A stretch of 58,647 nucleotides of DNA, the filler included, from Circinaria calcarea (taxonomy: Eukaryota): assembly GCA_051942165.1 (NCBI GenBank). It is 3 parts of 3 records of this genome, joined end to end, with 100 filler letters (N's around TTAATTAATTAA, not from the genome) between each part and the next. Parts side by side here need not be neighbours in the genome. Positions count along the whole stretch, not along the records: positions 1 to 19,510 come from JAVECS010000204.1; 2 more parts are not named here. One strand, 5' to 3'. The stretch's first letter is position 1. Each line of letters starts with the position of its first letter. The position numbers and the translations under genes were made by a program. Of this stretch, positions 1-12,016 are shown piece by piece. The notes beneath the pieces are model-generated. The model saw only the letters and a list, made by a program, of their open reading frames with translations. It had not been told where the DNA came from and did no database searches.

Positions 1-50
1 TTCTTCCTGCCAATGATAAATCGTCCTTGGAGTGATGAAGGGAACAAGAA

Positions 51-1332
51 TCAGTAGACTTTCTTCTTCTCGTCCACACTAAATTGACCCGGGCCCATGT
101 TTACTAGGAGGAGGAGACCTCCACTAAGGGTGAAGGTTAGCTGATGTTTTAGACGTTCGACGTAGGGAGAGGGAGAGATAGGGACCTACACTATGGAGAG
201 GATTTGGAAGAAATCGTATTTGGCAAAGTCTTTGTGTGGATGATGTTCGTGCAGCTGGCAAAGATGTTAGCTGGGCCGCAGAGTATAGTCGAGACACGAA
301 TGGGTAAATGGGTAGGGCTCCGGGGATACTTTGGACAGCAGAAAGATCAACTTACAGTCCAAAAGTTGTTGACGAGTAGGTTGAAGATACTTAGGATGAC
401 AACCAACATAACAGCGCTGAACTTTGCCTTGAAGCCAACAACAACCATGACGCAAGCAACGAAACCCAGGATGCTGACAACCACTCTACCCCAGCCCCAG
501 TCCCCAGCGAATACAAAACCGACGAAAAGGAAGATCAGTAATACCCTACCCGCGAATTGAAAGTACATTTTTCGATCCTTTTCGTCAATCTGCGGCAACC
601 CTGCCGGGGCAAACTTCTTCCGTACCCAGCTGTCTGATAATACCATTAGTAGTCCGCCCATGACGCTAAGATTGCGAAGGAAGAAGTTCAGATCGAAGAT
701 GAGACCGTATCCAAGAGCTTGTGTAATTACAACGCCTAGGAGGCCGGCGACGGCCTGGTCGGCTCGTTTTCGGAGGATAACCATAGTGGAACAGACGATC
801 ATGGCGACAACATTGGTGAGGAGGAACAGATGGTTCAGACCCCGAGGAACTGTAGAACGGGGATTATTAGCAGGTTGCGAGATTGGATAGGAGGCGAAGT
901 GGGGTAAAGACCGCGGTGAGGGTTGCTCACAATGTCTGTACTCGTGAAGGTAGAGGAGTTGGTCGTTCCATTGGGTGATGATTCTAATTGCATCTTCGAG
1001 AAAGGTGACCACGATTAGGAAACGGCCGATCGCAGGTATATATCTATACAGCGGAATGACCCAATTAGCCTCGTGTCCTCTCTGTCGCATATTCCTTCTG
1101 AACCCAATTTTTAAACAGCTGCCTAATGACAGAATGCGTAGACGCACGGCTTGATAGGTTCCGACGCTGTATCTAGCCAGTCTTCGATCTTACTTGTCTG
1201 CTCCCTTATAGCATCAAGTGGACTCGGGTCATTTGTGGCCTCCGCTTTCATATTATTGTAACTCGGACCAGGCCCGAAGCGATTCTGAGACGATCCGAGG
1301 TTGTAGCCGGCAGTCCCTCGTATCTGAGCCAT
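51..1332 (-). CDS. ERV29: SURF4/Erv29 ER cargo receptor (multi-exon)
   Basis: Starts MAQIRGTAGYNLG at 1332. SURF4 motifs include GRFLIVVTFLEDAIRI, FFLRNLSVMGGLLM and KYDFFQ. C-terminus is VDEKKKVY (di-lysine ER retrieval signal) with the stop at 51-53. Several GT-AG introns split it across frames. Confidence 0.93.
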
Positions 1333-2461
1333 GTTGACTGCTTGGGGGTAAGTATGGGTCTGGGTGTAAGACATTGGGAGTGTGGTATCAATGCGTACTG
1401 AGACTGCTAACCGGTAGCAGTGTCAGTACTGGACGATCAGGTGTTTCAAAGGGAAGAATGGAGGTGTGACTGAGGGTGCCTGACCTGAATAAACCCTCAA
1501 AACGGTAATGGTCAAAGGGATGCTTTTATTCCAGAGTGGAATTGTTGGAGTGGACACGCATGAGTTGTGATGTATGTTTGGTGGAAGTTAGTTGTCGGAT
1601 AGAAGTCAGATCGCGAAGTTGGCCTCAACATGGGTTCATGCCGAAAGGCCCCATCGGGTGCGGAGAAACTAGAATGCCGTCGATTCTGGATGAGGGCAGA
1701 CTCGCTTAGACAAAGAACGCTAAGGGCAAAGTTGGTTATGTGGCTGATGGTGTTTGGTACTCGTTGCAAACATGATGCCGAGGGTGTTCCATGTTATCAT
1801 TGCGGATGTCAGGAATTCAAAGAGGAAGGACAGAGGATTCGATCTGTCGACTATCCTATATAGCTTGAGGTCTTACATAAAGGCACTCTATATAGAGTAT
1901 TAATATACTCTGCTTAACCCCCTAAATCGTTAATAGTGATTAATCACGCCTTGCGAGACTGATCAACAGGGTTAGAGAAGCATGGTTCTCTCTAGGATGC
2001 TTAGATAGGGTAGTCAAGTAGCAGACTTAAGCACTTAACGGCTATTGACAGCATGATCGTTTTTGAGTAGCCGGCAATTATTTCCATGGTACAAGCAAGG
2101 CTCAATCATGCGCAACCCTTTGTTCCGTCCAAGTACCGGAAAGTCAAGCAGACATGCAGCAACGCTACCTGCAGATGCAGCAGCAATGCCAATGAGTAAG
2201 TCGCCGAGAAATGCACTCTCTCACCCATTAGATATCTCACGGTGCCTTCTCCTCTTGTACATGACGGTGCCTAACAAGCCTACCCTTCTCGACTAGACTT
2301 AGTCCAGAAAAATGCAACAAAACATGTCGACACTGGCTCAACCACGTGAGATCCACGACTGCGAGTAGCCAGACTTACAGAGCTCATACATCCCGATAAA
2401 TAATTTAGTAGTTGCTCGATTCTTCTTTGTCTTCGTATGATTCAACTCTCAGTCATACCCG

Positions 2462-3880
2462 TCAAGCCACTGGCCAATCTGAGTCCAATGGATGCCCGGT
2501 CTCTGCATACGGTACATACTTTCCGTCTCTGTAGCCTCTATCGTCAACCTTACTGATAGGTTTCTCGTTCTCTTTGATTTTCTCTTTGCCGTTGTTCTTT
2601 CCTACCCCAAAATCATCTTCCTCTACCTTCGAATGGTTTACTCCCTTGATAGATTGAATTTCCTCCGTCCCTGCAACGGAGGACTTATCCCGCTTTTTCG
2701 GCTTCTCCACCGTCTGCCAGCCGTCTCCATTCAGCTCGGTCAACATACGCATCTGTTCTTCCTCAGACGGCATGTCATGTTCCCACAGTTTTTTCTCTGC
2801 ACTGGCTTTTCCGTTGAGCCTGCCATCACGTGAGTCAGGAACTGCTGGCTTGGACGACTCTTCAAAAGTATCGAGTAGCGATGCGCGGCTGCTATTCCCT
2901 GATGCTTCAGGAGTAGGTTGAGCCGACTCTGAATCAGTACTTGGAGGTGCCCATCTATTCGTGGCCGGAGGCTTGGATACCGGTACGCCGTTCTTCGCAG
3001 GCCTCCCTTCTGCTTCTCGTGCAGTTCGCAATTGTTTTTCAAGCAAGACTCGCCTTTCTTTTTCGGCCTCCTGGCGCTCAAGCTTCCTGGCTTCGTTCTT
3101 CTGTCGATTCTGTCGCTGCTTTTTGGTTTCTTCGGCCTGGACTGGCTTGGCTGTCTTTGGCTGGCTGGGTCTCGGTGGCTGGATTGGCTCTGTCAGACGA
3201 AGGATAGATGGTCCCGACATAGGTGCCTCTAGCATATCAGCCACGCCACCTTTACCTGCAGACGTCGTAGCAGGACCTAAAGGTGGCGAATTGGTTGGCG
3301 AGAGATCGTCATCTCCGTCCGCCCCTGTGGTGGATGAGGGAGTAGAAAGATCTTTGTGGACTGGTACCATGATCGACTCGGGATCGACTATGCCGTTAGC
3401 TTGGCCAAGTTTTTTCGTTTTCCTTGACTGCGAAGACTTTGCGGGTGCCGATAATGAGGTCCCGGCCTTGACGCCTGATAGTTGACGTGCAAACTCCACG
3501 TTATCCATCCCGTCGGCTTCTCCTTCGTCAATGTTCAGAGAAGGCGTGGTATCATTGCCCACTTCATCGCCAACCAATTTCGTTGGTCCGCTCGATGTCT
3601 TTTTTCCTCCCTTGCGTTTCTTAGTCTTTTCGTTGCCACTGCTATTCAGAGAAGCTGATGTGACATCGGCCGTATCATTGACAGCTTGCTCGGAAATATT
3701 GGTGGATTTGCCCTTGTTCCGCTTACCTTTTGTATCAATTCGACGTCCTGCTGCTTGGGGCTGTACTGTCGCAGGAAGAACACGACCGAGTACGCGACCA
3801 TTAGTCTTTTGTCTGGTGTAGTACAAGTACGCTCCAACTCCAGCAACGCCGACTACCACCCAGGACTGCCAAGGTTCCAT
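2462..3880 (-). CDS. Hypothetical protein with N-terminal membrane anchor and charged coiled-coil
   Basis: Long single ORF; first ATG at 3880 (MEPWQSWVVVGVAGVGAYLYY, hydrophobic), with an ETKKQRQNRQKNEARK...EKERR coiled-coil-like block. Confidence 0.8.
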   Translation of the reverse strand: MEPWQSWVVVGVAGVGAYLYYTRQKTNGRVLGRVLPATVQPQAAGRRIDTKGKRNKGKSTNISEQAVNDTADVTSASLNSSGNEKTKKRKGGKKTSSGPTKLVGDEVGNDTTPSLNIDEGEADGMDNVEFARQLSGVKAGTSLSAPAKSSQSRKTKKLGQANGIVDPESIMVPVHKDLSTPSSTTGADGDDDLSPTNSPPLGPATTSAGKGGVADMLEAPMSGPSILRLTEPIQPPRPSQPKTAKPVQAEETKKQRQNRQKNEARKLERQEAEKERRVLLEKQLRTAREAEGRPAKNGVPVSKPPATNRWAPPSTDSESAQPTPEASGNSSRASLLDTFEESSKPAVPDSRDGRLNGKASAEKKLWEHDMPSEEEQMRMLTELNGDGWQTVEKPKKRDKSSVAGTEEIQSIKGVNHSKVEEDDFGVGKNNGKEKIKENEKPISKVDDRGYRDGKYVPYAETGHPLDSDWPVA

Positions 3881-4654
3881 CTTGTTGGCAGCTTTGGTTT
3901 GTAAAGGTTTGCGGAATCCCAAAGACCTTAGGGTCCTTCAATTGCAAGTGTGTAGAGACACCTGCTGACTTGACAGAAAATTAGTAACGCTCAGTGCGGA
4001 CTCAGTTCAACCCCGGGGACCGTGGCGCCAGCCAGATACGTACAGTGGAGGATACAAGTTTCTTGAGATGCGGACAATGCTGATGATGCTGCTGCTGCTA
4101 TCGAGATGTCGACGCAGTTCTGGATGTCCCGTGATTGAGTTCTGGTCGACCGCGTGGTCAAGGGGCGCTCGTTTACGTGAAGGATGTAAGGGGGTGTGCT
4201 CTGGACCAAATGTGACGGTAAATTCCCCACCCTAAAGGAATATGAAAGGCCTCCAAGCCAAAGGCGAACGAGTGGATGCGGACACAGAGTGGATGAGTAC
4301 AGAGATACGTACGACGTCCTCGAACCGGGTTAGAATAGGCTACTTGAGCATGTGTACAGGTTACGAGGACAGCACGGCCAGAAGGGGACGGAGTCTACTT
4401 GACGGATGGCTTTCGTCGTAATACAAATAGTGACTTTGGGTTCCCGAACCGAAGCTGGTCCGTGTCGATCCCGCCTGGAAGGTAAGAAAGTCCGATAGGG
4501 CGACCACCCGAATGGTCCTCTGCTGATGTTCAAACATGATAGTACAACTGCCAGTATCCACCCCAAATTAATCCCAGCAACTGGGAGGTTCAAACAGCGA
4601 CTTTCCTCTAGCCACAACTTCGACCGAATCCGCCCTTCACTGTCTTGCCCCAGT

Positions 4655-4900
4655 CAGGCAGGAGCTCCGTGTGAACTTGTGTGAATTATGCCTAGACCAC
4701 CACTTCATCAATTCATCTTCGCCACCTACCCTAACCGAGGCCCAGCTCACTGGGTGAAAAAGTCCCCGCGCCCGGCAGTCGAGCCGCGGCAAACCGACAA
4801 GCGAGCGAGCCAGAGAGCAGACCAATCTAAATCGCCGTGCGTCTGCAACCAATCTACAAAGTAATTTACCACGCAGTAGCGGGGCTCATTTTCTGCAAGG
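4655..4900 (+). ncRNA. Probable RNase MRP RNA (ends approximate)
   Basis: CR-I GAAAAAGTCCCC (4756-4767) pairs with CR-V GGGGCTCA (4881-4888) to form P4. P2 is GTGAATTAT 4681-4689 / GTAATTTAC 4861-4869. P3 is closed by GCCTAG 4690-4695 / CTGGGT 4750-4755. CR-IV-like AAAGTAA lies at 4858-4864. Possible P1 is GCAGGAG 4658-4664 / TTTTCTGC 4889-4896. The region is intergenic. Confidence 0.7.
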
Positions 4901-5495
4901 GACGCGTTCAAAAATCGAGAATGAATACCTTAGGGAGACAGGATCATCTCTCGTGCAGATTGTGGAGGCTTCTGCGCAGAGAAGTTTGTGAGGCCTCTGC
5001 ACAGTCAAACATTGGCGGTGAAGTTATTGTCATGGATAACCTTCGATTCACCGTCTAGTGAATCTTGATACGGGCCATGCGTGTCATGCCGCGATTGTTC
5101 CGATCACACGTTGACACATACAAGGCTCGGACAATGTCAATACTTTGAAGAAACTGCGGGGCCAACACGCTATAGGCAGAAAGGCCAATGCCCTCAGCCA
5201 GGGATTCTTGACCAAAGTACTTCTGTATATACAATCGACTCCCGTTTCGATTGACCGGTGTAAGAGTCTACTCCCTATCTATACCCACCGAACGCAGAAA
5301 TCCACCGATCCCAACAAAAGAAAACGCCACGCCTGGAACACCCTGCCAACCTACCCACACCCATTGTCCAGGAGAGTTAAACTCTCCTTAAGGACTCATG
5401 CCGACCAAGGGCTCAAAGAGACGGTAAAATGTAAGAGCACATGCACATCCGTAACAGCGACAAAGAACAACATCATCAAACTCGTTTCATCATCA

Positions 5496-6875
5496 TCATA
5501 CATACATACTCCAGCTCGACAGGATCCCCCGCTCATCTCCCAACTCTCCATCTCTCCCTCGCTCTTCCGGGCTATCAGGAAAGCGATAATCTCGGCCAGG
5601 AAAACGAGTTTCGAATTCGGGCAATCTCAACTCCATCTCCTCGTTTTCGGTCGCAGATGGAAGGCGAATGTCTGCTTCTTTGGAGGGTGAAGGAGCACGC
5701 ATGCTAAGTGACGAGTTGGAGGAGACCAACTCTTGAAGGACGTGGAGTGAAGACGTACTGCCGCCAGCGTCCAGAGGTAGATGGAGTCGGGGTAGCTTGT
5801 TGGGCAGGCGTCTATGGCTAGGTATTTGCTTTGCACGAACGGTGAGTACAGCATTGGACGAGGAGGCAATAGTGGAGAGAGGAGAACGTTGCGGCGGATC
5901 GCTTTTATGACAAAGGGGCGCCCTACTGGAAACATCCGGGACATCAAATGACGGCGGCGGTCCCCTCTTAGCGGAATTTTCAGGCCATTTCAACTCGCTT
6001 GAAAGCTCTGTATCTCTGTCGTGGCGTTGGCCTGGCGCCTCTATCGGTTCTGTGGAATAAATAAAATCTCCGTCCTCTCTTGTTTGACTTGCCAGAGTCT
6101 CTTCTATTGGTGGCCTTGCACCACGCCTACTCCTTCCTCCCACTAGTCGCTCTCCAATCTGCCGCCCAAGCTTTGTGGAATCTACCCCCTTTTTACCACT
6201 TCCATGGCTACCACCACTTCCACTTCGACTTCTGTTTGCTCGTTCTTTACCCTCCATGACCTTTGCGCTGGGCGGTGGTTGTAGCATCCATTTGATCTCA
6301 CTTCTATGGGTTGGCTGGGTACTTACGACAGGTGGATGCAAGTCATTGACTGCCGGATTCCTTGCTGTGTGGTAACTCGCAATGCCCGTCGTACCAGATC
6401 TGCTGACACCGGATTGGTTGATAGATTTCTCAATATCATCGCCCCATAGTAGCTCATCTGCTCTCTGGTATCTTTGGCGATTCCACCCTTCTCCACTAAT
6501 TCTGTCCTGCTCCATCTCTGCACCCTGGATACTGTCGACCGCCAGTGTGGTATCCGCGCTACTTCCTCCAGCACTACTCCCAAGCTCTCCAGTATTGCAC
6601 TCCCTTGAGCTTCCTGCTCTGTTTCGGCTATCTCTGTTCCCTTTCCTGGGCGGAGGTCCAGGACCTAAAGCCATCTCCTCTCTCCAGTATATATTTGTGC
6701 TAAACGGCGATGGGTGCCGGTACAACTCAGGCAAGCCTTCTTCACCCGCCGCCTTCTTTACTTTGGCACGGCGAGATTCGCTGCGGCGTTTGCGCCGGCT
6801 GTTCAATTTGGAGCAAGGCGCACAGGAGACGTAGTAGAAGACCGCTGACTGAAAGCCTCGCCAAAACCATGACAT
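5496..6875 (-). CDS. Conserved-looking fungal hypothetical protein (459 aa)
   Basis: Uninterrupted ATG-initiated 459-aa ORF with motif-like blocks FYYVSCAPC, WNRQRYQR, ARNPAVNDLHPPVVS and WMLQPPPSAKVMEGK. Confidence 0.82.
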   Translation of the reverse strand: MSWFWRGFQSAVFYYVSCAPCSKLNSRRKRRSESRRAKVKKAAGEEGLPELYRHPSPFSTNIYWREEMALGPGPPPRKGNRDSRNRAGSSRECNTGELGSSAGGSSADTTLAVDSIQGAEMEQDRISGEGWNRQRYQRADELLWGDDIEKSINQSGVSRSGTTGIASYHTARNPAVNDLHPPVVSTQPTHRSEIKWMLQPPPSAKVMEGKERANRSRSGSGGSHGSGKKGVDSTKLGRQIGERLVGGRSRRGARPPIEETLASQTREDGDFIYSTEPIEAPGQRHDRDTELSSELKWPENSAKRGPPPSFDVPDVSSRAPLCHKSDPPQRSPLSTIASSSNAVLTVRAKQIPSHRRLPNKLPRLHLPLDAGGSTSSLHVLQELVSSNSSLSMRAPSPSKEADIRLPSATENEEMELRLPEFETRFPGRDYRFPDSPEERGRDGELGDERGILSSWSMYV

Positions 6876-8007
6876 TGCCGGCGTTGTTCTGGCTGCACAA
6901 TCAGGGTTGCCGATGAGCGGATCAGCAGTAACGGTGGCCCGGGGGCCTGCCTATGCCACTTAGAAAGCCGTTATATGGTAATAGCATGTGAAGACGGTAT
7001 GAGCTGTGATACACCGCCACCTTAGCGTCGAAGATCCCCCCAATGCTCAGTTCTGGCCGAATTTCAGGAGATGTAGAATCGCCTTACGTGGCTCGACAAA
7101 AAACCTTTGTAAACCAGGAGCGGGCGTGCCTCATCCCAGATTCAGGTATAAAGAGAGCATGTTTCAAGTTTGATGCTTTCCCTTCCAGTCATACGAAGAC
7201 ATTGAGTGCCCGCGGAAGATTTTCTATAGATTGGCTAACGACGACCGGGTGGGAAGGGGTGAGAGGTTTAATTTTCAACGGCTCCCGCCGAGCGTTTCGG
7301 TGTCCGAATTAGAGAGAGGGGCTGAAAGGAGATAATTCTCGGATCGTTATGAAAGTCTAAATACAGTTCCCGTATCCGTTACGACGTGTGGATGCAATCG
7401 AAGTATAACTTTGTCCAGTTCGGTGTCGTCCGCTTGTTGCACATACCTTTCTTTGCCCCTAGAGTGTAGACGTTATTTTTGGATTACGGCGCAGAGGGGG
7501 CGGGAAATCTCGAGATCGAACTAGGGATGTGGGGATGGGAACGAGCTGGATAGAACTCAGATATTGATGAACGCTGCTCTAGTTATTTCACTGCTCAGGA
7601 AGGCCCATTTGGAATATGACGAAACATCAGTAAAGGAGGCTGATAATAATGCGCAGATCAACGACGCTTGCTTCCTTGGTCATCCTATGGTGTTGGAGCT
7701 ACGCAGGATTGGAGTTAGATCTGAGTTATGTGAGCAGAACACTGACTTTACTCGATCTATTTGGGAGAAGGGGCAACTTTATCGACTGTGATATTCGAGG
7801 GAGTTATGGGGATTATATTATTGGCTCCTATGCAGAACCACGCCTCATTGACAACTATTTATTCAACGATGTTCTCGCTCAAAGCCACACACCCTAAGCT
7901 TTTATTTAGTACAGAGAAACGCCGAACTGATTAACCCTATCGCGAAAGTCGACCATAAGAGCTTAACATTGAAATCTGACTTGCTATTGGCCCAAAAAAA
8001 AGGCACC

Positions 8008-8779
8008 CTACAGGAAAGCGGCAAAGAGAGCACCAGCGAAGCCAAGCCCAAGAACTGGTTGTAGCAGAGCGTTCGCTCCACCCGTCGCCGGTCCAGATGT
8101 TTGCGAAGCGGCTGCCGATGTACCTGCTGATCCAGAAGCACTCGATGACCCAGACGTAATCGCTGAACCAGAAGCATCCGTAGATGATGTGCCCGCCGTG
8201 GCGGTCGAAGGGACAGTCTGGGTACTGACAGTTGTATTGGCTCCTCCCACGGCGACGGTGGAGAGCCCAGTGCTGGCCACGGGCGCGCCAGATACCGAGA
8301 CGACAGGAGGAGATGCAACAACGGGGATGATGGAGCTGCTCGGCACCGCAGGTATGCCAACAGAGCCGGAGATGAAGGTTGCGGCGTCTGGTTGAGAGGT
8401 CACGGCAACGGCTTGCGAGGTGGCCGCCGTCGGCTGAGACGTCTCGACGGAAGGCATGCCGGTAACTACGCCTAATGAGTTGGTTTGGGTAAGAAAAGAT
8501 GTGAATGGGTTGGTCTAGGTGGAAGAGACAATCAGCGGAGGTTCTTCGAGCAGTCATAAGCTTTCGCCAGTAGAGAATCCCGAACCGATCATGCAAAACC
8601 GCAATGCAAGTTGCACGACACGAAAAGGGAGTTGATCATTCAAGGGTTGTTAGACTTACGAAGGTAGCAGTAGAAGTGCTTCCTCCGGTTTGAGATTGGC
8701 CGTCCGTAACCTGGGAGACAGACACTTGAGCAAGAGCCATAAAGGCCAAGGGAATGACGGCGAAGTTGAAGGTATGCAT
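8008..8779 (-). CDS. Secreted Ser/Thr-rich GPI-anchored cell-wall protein with one PIR-like motif (2 exons, about 208 aa)
   Basis: Exon 1 (8779-8660) has a signal peptide and QVTDGQSQ. Intron 8659-8515 (GTAAGT...GCTGAT...CTAG) joins in frame. Exon 2 reads TNPFTSFLTQTNSLGVVTGMP, then an S/T/A-rich region and a hydrophobic GPI-type tail. Confidence 0.85.
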
Positions 8780-9658
8780 ATTGATGTAATGATTGACGAC
8801 GAGTCGACGATGATTAGTGTTGGTTATGAGAGTATTGGCCGTGAGAATGCTGATTTGGGTATGCGGGATTGTACTCGGAATGGAATGAGAGTGGGAAACG
8901 GTAAACAAGCTGTTGAGCGAGTGTGATTTATGGGAAATTGGTTCTCAGCGAAAGGGGGTGGCCGTTGTTGATGCGGAAACCGAGATTGTATTTTTAAGGG
9001 GGATGTCTAGCGGTTTTATGAGATTTTGGCCCCTGCAGATGCCGGTTTCGCGTCGGCGCCAAACGGATAGGGTCGCACAGTTACCCCGGTGTTTACGGAC
9101 TACCTCAGCTCGGTCCAGATTCTTATTCTGGATAAGGTGATAAAACGTGAACTACTATGCTGCCACGCTGCGTAGAGTAGTATTAATAGAGCCTTTTATC
9201 AAGTAACAGGGCCAAGCCCACAGTAGTAAAGATGTGATGATGAGAACAGTCTGCAGACCAGAAAACGCGCCACCTCTTCCCCAGTTCCTCGGGCATCCTG
9301 TACGTGGCGACCATTACTCCGTAGTCAAATATCCCTTCACGCGTACGGAGTAAGCCCAGCCGAGAATTAGAGCGCCACCACTATTTTTAGAAATGTTGAG
9401 AAACCACATTGTTTCCTGTCAACTGAGCGTCGTGGCCAAAGTATGCAATAATAGTCTCAGTGCGCGTTAGATCGATTGGCCCCTGGCGCAAACCACATAA
9501 GCGATTCACATGCACTGGTGATGCACAGTAAAATGCACAAGATACTCCGTAATGATTACGGTACAAGGCACGTCCAAAGGTTTCTCATTTTAGCTTAGTG
9601 TCTCCGGGTACTCAGACGCACCGAGATATTCTTTTCATGTGAAGCAGAAGAAAGATCA

Positions 9659-12016
9659 ATGTCATCCCAATCCAAAATGAACAACGTCGGATCCAAAAGA
9701 AAACGTCAACGTACCTCAGCCAATGGCGGAGCTGTTGTCGTAAGTTACATGAATACACAAGAAGAGGGCGCAGACCCTCCAACTCAGAGTCATGACGTGC
9801 AAGGGACTAAGCTGCCAAAGTCTCAATCGTCAAGGTCACTCTTTGTCCGTTCCCTCCCAGTTACGGCGAGTACCGAAACATTGACGGAGCACTTCTCCCA
9901 ATCTTACCCTCTCAAGCATGCAACTGTGGTAGTCGATCCTACAACCAAAAAGTCCAAAGGTTATGGTTTCGTCACTTTTGTGGATGCCGAAGACGCTCAG
10001 AAGGCAAAGGTCGAGTTCGATGGATCTATGATTGAGGGTCGAAGAATCAAGGTCGAAATTGCTGAGGCTCGGCAGCGAGATTCACATGCCATCGACGGTC
10101 AGAAGAGAAGCCAACCGTCTGCCAAGGCTCTCAAGTTCAAGGCGGAGAGAGAGCGCCAGAGATTGGAGGAGCAGAAGTCAACGAAGTTGATCGTGCGAAA
10201 CTTACCGTGGTCTATCAAGGATTCAGAGCAACTGGCTTCACTTTTCAAAAGCTACGGCAAGGTGAAGTACGCAACCCTTCCCAAGCCCAAAGCAGGTCTG
10301 TCAGCTGGCTTCGGTTTCGTAACGCTACGAAGGAGGGAGAATGCAGAAAAAGCGCTCGCAGGGGTCAACGGAAAATCCGTCGACGGACGGACTTTGGCTG
10401 TGGATTGGGCCGTAGAGAAGGACGTTTGGGAGACCATACAGAAAGGCAACGAAGAGGAGGTGAGCCTGGGATCGGAGCAGCCAACAGGAAGTTGCGAGGT
10501 GGGCGATGATGGTTCAGTCAAATCTGAGTCCAGCAAGGAGGACCTGGAGCTCAAGGATGTTCCACAAAGTGATGCGGATGATGTCGAGTTTTCGAACGAG
10601 GATGAAAGCGAAACATCGGACACCGGCACCGACACTAAGTTGACCCTCTCTCAGCAACGGAGACAGGACAACTCCACCACACTTTTTATCCGCAATTTGC
10701 CATTCGGCACTACGGATGAGACGCTGCAAGAGCAGTTCAGCTCATTCGGCGCGGTGAGATACGCAAGAGTAGTCACCGATCCTGCTACTGGAAAGTCAAA
10801 AGGCACCGGTTTCGTCTGTTTCTATAACCCTGAAGATACATTATCTTGTCTCCGAGGAGCACCAAGGCTACAACCAGCATCAGCGCTAAAGGATAGTACA
10901 AGGAAGAGCAATGGCACCATGCCTTCGATGAAACACTCGCTACTAGAAGATATCCAAGCGGATCCCTCAGGGCAATACACTATAGAAGGGCGAGTTCTAC
11001 ACGTTTCACGGGCCGTGGATCGAGGTGAAGCAAGCCGCTTGGTCGTGGAAGGTAATTCGTTGCGTGAGTCACGCGACAAGGACAAGAGGCGATTCTACCT
11101 CTTATCGGAAGGTACCATTCCGTCTGGTTCGCCCCTTTATGGGTCCCTGGCCCCCTCGGAGATCAAAATGCGTGAGGATAGCGCGAAACAACGGCAGTCG
11201 CTGATGAAGACGAATCCTTCCCTGCATCTCGGTTTGACCCGACTCTCAGTCCGCAACATCCCGCGTAGTATCTCTTCCAAAGACCTCAAAGCGCTAGCTA
11301 GGGAGGCGGTCGTTGGTTTCGCAAAGGACGTTAGAGCAGGTTGCAGAGGCCAGCTGTCCAGAGAAGAGCTGTCTCGTGGAGGGGATGAGACGAGAGAGGG
11401 CGAAAAGGCGCGTAAATCAAAGAGGAAAGGCATTGTCAAACAAGCCAAAGTGGTATGCGAGGGTCGGGAAGGCGGAAAGGTTTCAGAGGAAAGTGGAGCC
11501 GGACGAAGTCGAGGCTATGGATTCATCGAATACGTCTCTCATCGCTGGGCGCTCATGGGACTTCGATGGCTGAACGGCCGTGCTGTGGGGCAGCCAGGGG
11601 GACCGGAAGGGGCCGCGAAGGGCTCGCATGAGAGGAAGAAGCGACTCATTGTCGAGTTTGCCATTGAGAACGCGCAGGTGGTCGCCAGGAGGCAGGACAG
11701 AGAGGCTAGAGCTCGGGAGGCGTCGTTGGTGGTCGCCACCGCTCAGAAGGAAAAAAGGGACGCTTCCGAGAAGGGGAAGAAGATCCCGAGCCGAGACAGC
11801 TTGATGGCCAACAGTCGAAGGGGCATGAAGCGAAAACACGAGGATGAAGTGGGTTTGGTTGTGGCAAAGCTGCGGGGGGATCCTTCTACGGGGATTCTAG
11901 GTAGCCAAGGCGTAACGGAAAGATCCGAAAGGGCGGATAAGCTAGCGCGCCGGCAGCAAATCATCGGGCACAAGAGGATGGCGAGGAAGCTGAGAAGGAG
12001 GGGGCGGGGTGGCTAA
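9659..12016 (+). CDS. NOP4: Nucleolar multi-RRM ribosome biogenesis protein Nop4/RBM28
   Basis: Four RRMs (KGYGFVTF, GFGFVTL, KGTGFVCF, RGYGFIEY), an acidic spacer, DKDKRRFYLLSEG and RLIVEFAIENAQVV. Confidence 0.93.
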   Translation: MSSQSKMNNVGSKRKRQRTSANGGAVVVSYMNTQEEGADPPTQSHDVQGTKLPKSQSSRSLFVRSLPVTASTETLTEHFSQSYPLKHATVVVDPTTKKSKGYGFVTFVDAEDAQKAKVEFDGSMIEGRRIKVEIAEARQRDSHAIDGQKRSQPSAKALKFKAERERQRLEEQKSTKLIVRNLPWSIKDSEQLASLFKSYGKVKYATLPKPKAGLSAGFGFVTLRRRENAEKALAGVNGKSVDGRTLAVDWAVEKDVWETIQKGNEEEVSLGSEQPTGSCEVGDDGSVKSESSKEDLELKDVPQSDADDVEFSNEDESETSDTGTDTKLTLSQQRRQDNSTTLFIRNLPFGTTDETLQEQFSSFGAVRYARVVTDPATGKSKGTGFVCFYNPEDTLSCLRGAPRLQPASALKDSTRKSNGTMPSMKHSLLEDIQADPSGQYTIEGRVLHVSRAVDRGEASRLVVEGNSLRESRDKDKRRFYLLSEGTIPSGSPLYGSLAPSEIKMREDSAKQRQSLMKTNPSLHLGLTRLSVRNIPRSISSKDLKALAREAVVGFAKDVRAGCRGQLSREELSRGGDETREGEKARKSKRKGIVKQAKVVCEGREGGKVSEESGAGRSRGYGFIEYVSHRWALMGLRWLNGRAVGQPGGPEGAAKGSHERKKRLIVEFAIENAQVVARRQDREARAREASLVVATAQKEKRDASEKGKKIPSRDSLMANSRRGMKRKHEDEVGLVVAKLRGDPSTGILGSQGVTERSERADKLARRQQIIGHKRMARKLRRRGRGG

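Noticed and set aside
4728..4736. ACCCTAACC resembles a telomerase RNA template, with possible upstream pairing to 4263-4278
   Set aside because: It falls inside the P3 arm of the better-supported RNase MRP fold, and no convincing TER pseudoknot or CR4/5 was found.
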